From Desulfobacterales bacterium (GTDB taxonomy: Bacteria > Desulfobacterota > Desulfobacteria > Desulfobacterales > JAFDCJ01), in contig JAOZPY010000001.1 in assembly GCA_029932495.1 (NCBI GenBank), positions 1-32,520 on the forward strand: a stretch of 32,520 nt of DNA. The letters run 5' to 3'. Made by a program: the position numbers and the translations under genes. Below are positions 26,693 through 32,520 of the stretch, in pieces (position 1 is the stretch's first letter; the number at the start of each line of letters is the position of its first letter). The notes under the pieces were generated by a model that worked only from the letters and a program-made list of their open reading frames with translations, ran no database searches and was not told where the DNA came from.

Positions 26693-27601
26693 ATGAAATA
26701 CAAAATATGGGCGGGAGTGGTCATTTTTTTTCTGACAGGCCAGCTGGCATCGGCAATCAGCCCTGAAGCGGCCCGCAAGGAATTGGCCCAGGAAAATATC
26801 CCGTATACCGCCGAGGCCCTGTTTGCTTATGTGGACAAAGGCGCGACCGACGTAGTGGGCTGGTTTCTGGCCATCGGTATGGATGTTAACGTCAAAAACG
26901 AATTTGGCGAAACCGCCTTAATGAACGCTGCCGAGCAGGGGCACCTGGATCTGGTCTCGCTGCTGATGCGCCATGGGGCCGATATCAATGCCCGGGATCT
27001 TGCCCGGCGCACTGCCCTGATGAATGCCGCCCAGAACGGCCATGCGGTCATTGTGAAGCTGCTGCTGTCCCGGGGGGCGGATGTCAATGCCATCTCCCAG
27101 TGGAAATCCACCGCCTTGCATGAGGCCTGTATGAACGGTCATTATGATGTGGTTCAAACCCTGCTCAACGCCGATGCGAATGCCAATTTGATCAACAACG
27201 CCGGCCATACCGCTTTGATGGAGGCGGTCATCGAGGGCCATGAAAGTGTTGCCCGCCTGCTGATTTCAAGGGGTGCTGACGTGAATTTTCAGGATTTAAG
27301 CGGATTTTCCGACGGTGAGACGCCGCTGATGGTGGCAGCCGCCAAAGGCGAAGCGGGCATTGCCGCTTTACTGCTTGCAAAGGGGGCCGATGTCAACCGG
27401 ACGACAAAAGATGGTCAGACCGCCTTGATGTATGCCATCACGGCTCCCGGCGAGCGCAGCGAAATTGTCCGGTTGTTGATTGAAAGCGGGGCAAATGTGA
27501 ACGCCCGGGATCGGCATAAGATGACGGCCCTGGCTTATGCCCTGAAAAAGCGGGATGTGCAGCTTTTCAAGATTCTCATGGAATCCGGGGCCAGGGAGTG
27601 A
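26693..27601 (+). CDS. Ankyrin repeat protein with signal peptide
   Basis: About 7-8 repeats G.TALM.AA..GH...V.LL...GADVN; N-terminal MKYKIWAGVVIFFLTGQLASA. Confidence 0.93.
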   Translation: MKYKIWAGVVIFFLTGQLASAISPEAARKELAQENIPYTAEALFAYVDKGATDVVGWFLAIGMDVNVKNEFGETALMNAAEQGHLDLVSLLMRHGADINARDLARRTALMNAAQNGHAVIVKLLLSRGADVNAISQWKSTALHEACMNGHYDVVQTLLNADANANLINNAGHTALMEAVIEGHESVARLLISRGADVNFQDLSGFSDGETPLMVAAAKGEAGIAALLLAKGADVNRTTKDGQTALMYAITAPGERSEIVRLLIESGANVNARDRHKMTALAYALKKRDVQLFKILMESGARE

Positions 27602-27632
27602 GCTCCAATTTTGTATAACCCACCAGGTATTT

Positions 27633-28481
27633 TTAGCCATCGGCTTCGAATACCCGCGAATCCTCCAGCATGATTTCAAACCTGGCAAGATCCACTTCCG
27701 ATATTTGAAGCGCCTCGGCTTCAGGTGTTGCTGCCAGCACAATGGACGGATCGCTGTCCAGACCGATACCCAGTTTGTCGCATGCCTTGTCTGCCAGCCG
27801 CACGATGACCAGCAGCCGGTCTTGGGGTTCAAACTGCTCAGCGTGATGATCACGGGCGATCCGGCTGTATTTTTCAGGCAGGTTCCAGCGTGACATCAAT
27901 GCGTGGCCATGATGGGTATGCAGTGTGTTCATGGCTTCGATGAGCAGGGCGTCCGAGGGTTGGACCTTTAATTCATCGGAGTTTTTCAGCTCATCGATCG
28001 CGGTTAATATGAAAAGCATTCCCACATCATGCAGCAGCCCCGCAAAAAAGGCTTCATGGGCCAGGCCGTGCAGATCGCACTGTTTGGCCAGCCAGTTGGA
28101 ACCCATGGCGCAGCCGACAGAATGTCGCCACAGCTTGCGCATAATGCCGTGCATAAAAGGGTCCTTGGCGTGAAAATTCGTCTCGTGGGTCACCAGCATC
28201 ACGATGTTTGAGACTTCATTGATCCCCAGTCGAACAATGGCATTGTGTACCGTGGATACCTGCTGCAACCCCTTGTAAAAAGAGGAATTGGAGACGCTCA
28301 ATAATTTAGCGGTCAGGGACTGATCACTGACGATCAGTTTTTCGATCAGGTGCAGGTCCGGCTCTTTTTTCGCAATTTCCTGCTGAATTCGCATGGCCGT
28401 GGTATTAAAGACGGGAAGCCGGACATTGCTGGATTTGAGATGCGCATCGACGATTTCGATAAAGGGCTTTTCCTGGTTCAT
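27633..28481 (-). CDS. HDOD domain-containing protein
   Basis: LPVF, DQSLTAKLLSVSNSSFY, AIVRLG, LWRHS, AGLLHDVG and WNLP...HH motifs. Confidence 0.93.
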   Translation of the reverse strand: MNQEKPFIEIVDAHLKSSNVRLPVFNTTAMRIQQEIAKKEPDLHLIEKLIVSDQSLTAKLLSVSNSSFYKGLQQVSTVHNAIVRLGINEVSNIVMLVTHETNFHAKDPFMHGIMRKLWRHSVGCAMGSNWLAKQCDLHGLAHEAFFAGLLHDVGMLFILTAIDELKNSDELKVQPSDALLIEAMNTLHTHHGHALMSRWNLPEKYSRIARDHHAEQFEPQDRLLVIVRLADKACDKLGIGLDSDPSIVLAATPEAEALQISEVDLARFEIMLEDSRVFEADG

Positions 28482-30388
28482 GCTGATCCTTCCAAAAGAC
28501 GCTGCAATTCTGGCAGCGCTCTGGGCTTGTGCAATCGCGGCAGGCTGCGAAGCACTTCATCAATGGTGGTTTGCCCGGCGGCGGCTTTCACCAGACCATC
28601 TTCGAGCAGGGTGATCAGGCCGGTGGATTCGATGCTGATTTCACGAATTTCGTGACTGGGCTTTTGAGCGATGATGGCATTGCGGACTTGCTCGTCGAGA
28701 ATCAAAAGTTCAAAAATACCGACTCGCCCTTTGTAGCCCGTATACTGGCAGTGGCCGCATCCGCGTCCTTTCTGAAAGTGGGCATCGCCAATATCATGGG
28801 CAGAATATCCGATACGCTGCAGATCAGCCGCTGTGGGCTTATAAGGTGCGGCGCAGTGGGGACATATTCTTCTCAGCAGCCGCTGGGCCATAATGCTGAC
28901 GACAGAAGAGGCAATCAGAAAGGGCTCAATATTCATGTTGAGCAATCGGACCAACCCGCCAATGCTGTCTTCGGTGTGAAAGGTGGTCAGCACCTTGTGG
29001 CCGGTCAAGGCGGCCTGGACGGCGATTTCGGCTGAAAACTGGTCCCGGATCTCTCCGATGACGATGACATCCGGGTCCTGGCGCACAATGTGCCGGAGGG
29101 TCTCTTCAAATGTCAGGTTGATCTTGGGGTTGATGGAGCACTGGGCGATGCCGTCGATAACATATTCTACCGGCTCTTCAGCCGTGATGATGCTGGTTTG
29201 CGGATCATTGATATGATTGATGCAGCTGTATACCGTGGTGGTCTTGCCGGAACCGGTGGGTCCGGTAATTAAAATAATGCCACTGGGCAGGCAAAGTGCG
29301 TCTTCTAGAAACCGCTGTTGAATTTTGCCGGGCAGTCCGATATCCTTGATGTCCAGCAGCACACTTTTTCGGTTTAACAGTCGCAGTACGATTTTTTCAC
29401 CATTCACGGTGACGTAAAATGACACCCGCAGGTCCACGTGGCCACCGGGGTAATCGAAATAAAAGCGTCCTCCCTGGTGCCGTCGTTTTTCAGTGATGTC
29501 GACCTCGCACAGCACTTTGATCCGGTTGGTGAGCGCCGGCAAAATTTTCGCCGGAAAGTCCTGGAAGTGAATCAGCATGCCATCCTGACGGAAACGGACC
29601 CGCATGCAGTCTTTTAACGGTTCGATATGAATGTCGCTGGCATCCCGCTGCACAGCGGCGAGCAGAAGTTCATCTGCCAGCCGGATGATGGCGTTTTCAT
29701 CCGATGCTGAAATATCTTGTTTAAGATTGCTGCTGTGGCATTTGCCGACGGCCAGTTTGATGGCATTCCTGCGCGCAACAGCGGCGATAAACTTATCTCC
29801 AAAAACCTGTTTGACGGCTTCAAGGTCTTGTTTGTCCAGGGGATCGGCAAAGGCGATCAGGATGCCGTCGTCCTGTTTTTGGAGCGGAATTACATCATGG
29901 GTTTCGTACCATCGGGCCGGTGCCCTGGAAAACAGTTTCGGGTCGATTCTGGTAAATTCCGGTTCGACCTGCGAAAATCCCAGCTGAACAGACAGAACTT
30001 CCAGCAGCAGCTGTTCATCGATAAAACCTTTTTCCAGAAGGATTTCCCCAATTTTATACCCTTTTTTTTCACTCTTCTGGATGCCAAACGCCCGTTGAAG
30101 ATCGTCGGGTTTGATATAGCCCATTTCCATCAGGATGCTGCCGATACACATGGGCATCCGGCTGTCTTTTACCGCCTTTTTGATTTGATCATCGTTGATC
30201 AGATCGAGCTCTTTTAAAACTTCAAGCAGGGGCCGGGGCGTTTCAAGCTTGTTGCGGACCCGCGCGGCATATTCAACCTGCCGGTCCGTCAGGACCTTTT
30301 CCTGCAACAAAAGCTTCACGAGGGGTCCGTTGCCGTTTTCCAGTTCGGTGGCGGCCTTCGCATGTCGGGCCGTGTTCAGGGTGCTCAT
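28478..30388 (-). CDS. GspE/PilB family secretion ATPase with N-terminal MshEN-like repeats
   Basis: ASDIHIEP, GPTGSGKTT, RQDPDVIVIGEIRD, GHKVLTTFH and CPHC/CGHC Zn motifs; IGSILMEMG and KIGEILLEKG repeats. Confidence 0.93.
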   Translation of the reverse strand: MSTLNTARHAKAATELENGNGPLVKLLLQEKVLTDRQVEYAARVRNKLETPRPLLEVLKELDLINDDQIKKAVKDSRMPMCIGSILMEMGYIKPDDLQRAFGIQKSEKKGYKIGEILLEKGFIDEQLLLEVLSVQLGFSQVEPEFTRIDPKLFSRAPARWYETHDVIPLQKQDDGILIAFADPLDKQDLEAVKQVFGDKFIAAVARRNAIKLAVGKCHSSNLKQDISASDENAIIRLADELLLAAVQRDASDIHIEPLKDCMRVRFRQDGMLIHFQDFPAKILPALTNRIKVLCEVDITEKRRHQGGRFYFDYPGGHVDLRVSFYVTVNGEKIVLRLLNRKSVLLDIKDIGLPGKIQQRFLEDALCLPSGIILITGPTGSGKTTTVYSCINHINDPQTSIITAEEPVEYVIDGIAQCSINPKINLTFEETLRHIVRQDPDVIVIGEIRDQFSAEIAVQAALTGHKVLTTFHTEDSIGGLVRLLNMNIEPFLIASSVVSIMAQRLLRRICPHCAAPYKPTAADLQRIGYSAHDIGDAHFQKGRGCGHCQYTGYKGRVGIFELLILDEQVRNAIIAQKPSHEIREISIESTGLITLLEDGLVKAAAGQTTIDEVLRSLPRLHKPRALPELQRLLEGSA

Positions 30389-30454
30389 GATGGGTAACCC
30401 TTAGCTGTTGAAATGCTCCATTGATAATGGAAGGTGTCGTTGCTGACAGAAATG

Positions 30455-30481
30455 GTATCGACGGTTTTCGATAAAACTTTA
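30455..30481 (-). promoter_or_regulatory. Sigma28 (FliA)-like promoter for the ATPase-HDOD operon
   Basis: Minus strand TAAAGTTT-N11-GTCGATAC versus consensus TAAAGTTT-N11-GCCGATAA. Confidence 0.65.
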
Positions 30482-30552
30482 GACCGGCTAAACGGGTCCG
30501 TGTAATTGGGTGGGTGATGGTGGCAACCCGCCTGGCAGCCCCATGGGGGAGT

Positions 30553-31203
30553 TTATGGTTTTAATTTCATGCGAAACAGGAAAATCGGGATTTGCTCTTC
30601 GGGGCTGCGCAGGGTTTTTTTATGTACCCGGATCTGAAATTTAGTTTCTAGCTGCTTGAAAAAATCACGGCTGCTGCGCCGCATTTCTCCGGCCATCAGC
30701 ACCTCGCCGTCGGGATGGATGAGGGTGGTGAACAGTTTGAGCAGGCAGGCAATATCTTCATTTTTATAAGTCACTTCCGAGCCCACAATATAATCAAAGG
30801 GGCCCTTGAGCCCTGGATTGCGCCAGTCCAGTTTTACCATGGGCAACTGGGGACACCCGTTGAGCCTTGCATTGGCCCGGGCAAACGCCAGGGCATCGGA
30901 ATTGTATTCGGTCATGGTCACGCGATGACCGCAGCAAGCAGCAACGATGCTCACCAACCCCGCCCCGCCGCCGATTTCCAGCAGCCTTTTTTCCGGCAGC
31001 AGCGGCAGGCCGGCTAGATAGTCGGCCAGCACCCAGGACGCCGGCCATATTTTGGCCCACAGGGGAAATTCATGCAGGATGTCATCGGGATTGATAAATG
31101 CGGAAAGATTTTTAGGCAGCGAAATTTTATAGCTGCGATCCTTGATCGCCACTTCAGTTATTTCGGTTTCATAACGGGTATAAAAGCTGTCAGGGGAACC
31201 CAT
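30553..31203 (-). CDS. Class I SAM-dependent methyltransferase (family 16, protein-lysine methyltransferase-like)
   Basis: PLWAKIWPASWVLA, LEIGGGAG, LDW and YIVGSEVTY motifs. Confidence 0.88.
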   Translation of the reverse strand: MGSPDSFYTRYETEITEVAIKDRSYKISLPKNLSAFINPDDILHEFPLWAKIWPASWVLADYLAGLPLLPEKRLLEIGGGAGLVSIVAACCGHRVTMTEYNSDALAFARANARLNGCPQLPMVKLDWRNPGLKGPFDYIVGSEVTYKNEDIACLLKLFTTLIHPDGEVLMAGEMRRSSRDFFKQLETKFQIRVHKKTLRSPEEQIPIFLFRMKLKP

Positions 31204-31489
31204 GCACTTTCCAGGTCATTTCGCCAATCGTCGTGAATCGGTTAAAAAGCGTTTCATCTATCGGTACACCATTTTCAAATGAATGCCAAATTGATTTTTT
31301 TCTGAAAAAAAAGCACCCTAAGCCTTGTCGGATTCAAATTCGGTCATTATATTTAGCGGTCAGAGGGTGGCAACCGCACTCTCTGCATTGGCTCAGCGGG
31401 GACAATTGGCTTTTATTTTAAATAGTTATGGTTGTCACATGTTCATCTTCCGGCGCAATCGGGATGGATGAACCACAAGGAGGCGTAGT

Positions 31490-32473
31490 ATGTCGGAAAC
31501 CGAAATGTACGATTTAATTATTATTGGTGGTGGACCCGGTGGACTGACCGCCGGCATTTATGCTATGCGGGCGGCATTGAAAACCCTGCTGATTGAAATG
31601 GGATCCCCGGGGGGGCAGGTGAACAACTCCGATTCGGTGGAAAACTGGCCCGGCGACGAGCACATCGGCGGCGCCGAGTTGTCCATGAAATTTTCCCAGC
31701 ATGCCCAGTCCTACGGCTTGGAGATTCGCTCGGCCGAGGTAACCGAGTTGAAACCCGGCCAGGATTATCACACCATCAAATTAGCCGATGGGAGCACACT
31801 GGGTGCCTATGCCGTGATCCTGGCCACCGGCGGACATCCGCGTAAACTCAAAGTTCCCGGGGAAGACCAACTATACGGCCAGGGGGTTTCCTACTGTGCT
31901 GTCTGCGATGGGTTTTTCTTTCGAGATAAAACCGTGGTGGTGGTCGGCGGTGGTGACGCAGCTGTCGAGGAGTCGTTGTACCTGGCCAAATTAGCCAAAC
32001 AGGTGTATATTGTCCATCGGCGCGACGAACTGCGGGCCGGGGCCATACTGCAGCAGCGCATTAAAGCCGAGTGTAACGTTGAAATTTTGTGGAATTCGGT
32101 GGTTACCGCCATCAAGGCCGATATCAGCGGGGTGTGTGCGGTGGATCTGAAAGACACCCAGACCGGTGAGCAGCGTGAGTTGGCTACCGACGGCGTTTTT
32201 ATTTTCATCGGCTTTGAACCGAACAACAAACTGGTGCCGGCCGGGACCAAGATGAGCGCCAATGGTTACGTGATCACTGACGATAAGTGTGAAACCAACA
32301 ACCCCGGCATATTCGCCATTGGTGATTTGCGGGAAAAATATGCCAAGCAAATCATTCTGGCCGCCGCTGACGGGTGCACAGCGGCCCTTGCCGCCTCCCA
32401 TTATGTGGAAAACCTCAAGGCCAGCGATGCCTGTGAGATGCCAGAGGAAATAAACGATACGCTTTCTAATTAA
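31490..32473 (+). CDS. trxB: Thioredoxin-disulfide reductase
   Basis: GGGPGG, GVSYCAVCDG, GGGDAAVEE, HRRDELRA and GIFAIGD motifs; RBS AAGGAGG. Confidence 0.95.
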   Translation: MSETEMYDLIIIGGGPGGLTAGIYAMRAALKTLLIEMGSPGGQVNNSDSVENWPGDEHIGGAELSMKFSQHAQSYGLEIRSAEVTELKPGQDYHTIKLADGSTLGAYAVILATGGHPRKLKVPGEDQLYGQGVSYCAVCDGFFFRDKTVVVVGGGDAAVEESLYLAKLAKQVYIVHRRDELRAGAILQQRIKAECNVEILWNSVVTAIKADISGVCAVDLKDTQTGEQRELATDGVFIFIGFEPNNKLVPAGTKMSANGYVITDDKCETNNPGIFAIGDLREKYAKQIILAAADGCTAALAASHYVENLKASDACEMPEEINDTLSN

Positions 32474-32520
32474 CAGCTCGTCAAGCGCCTGACTGCATAG
32501 CGCGGGCAATATTATCTTGA

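Noticed and set aside
26850-27590. Periodic nucleotide repeats
   Set aside because: Explained by 33-aa ankyrin repeats; not a CRISPR array
31275-31288. Sigma54-like TGGCATTCATTTGA on the minus strand upstream of the methyltransferase
   Set aside because: The -12 element is GA rather than GC and no activator evidence is visible
1-32520. tRNA, rRNA, IS, integrase or CRISPR
   Set aside because: None recognised; intergenic gaps are short and no transposase or recombinase motifs appear in the ORFs

Overview
A gene-dense, mostly metabolic and accessory bacterial window; gene content and style suggest an anaerobic Desulfobacterota-like organism (inference only). From left to right: a truncated class III aminotransferase plus SDR; a TetR / acyl-CoA ligase / enoyl-CoA hydratase / amidohydrolase operon; a FadR-type GntR regulator; a C_GCAxxG_C_C redox protein with an in-frame UGA and SECIS-like hairpin (probable selenoprotein, missed by the ORF track); an exported M81 peptidase and an SBF transporter; a divergent GntR-associated catabolic island (gntR-panB-DUF296 versus tdh-like, TRAP dctPQM, SDR, E1a/E1b/E2 without E3, AhpD/CMD); an archaeal-type membrane LonB protease overlapping an unknown 398-aa gene behind a sigma28-like promoter; DUF1015; an exported ankyrin protein; a sigma28-like-promoted PilB/GspE ATPase plus HDOD pair; a family-16 methyltransferase; and trxB. 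I saw no RNA genes, CRISPR arrays or mobile elements. All calls come from reading motifs by eye; no searches were run.
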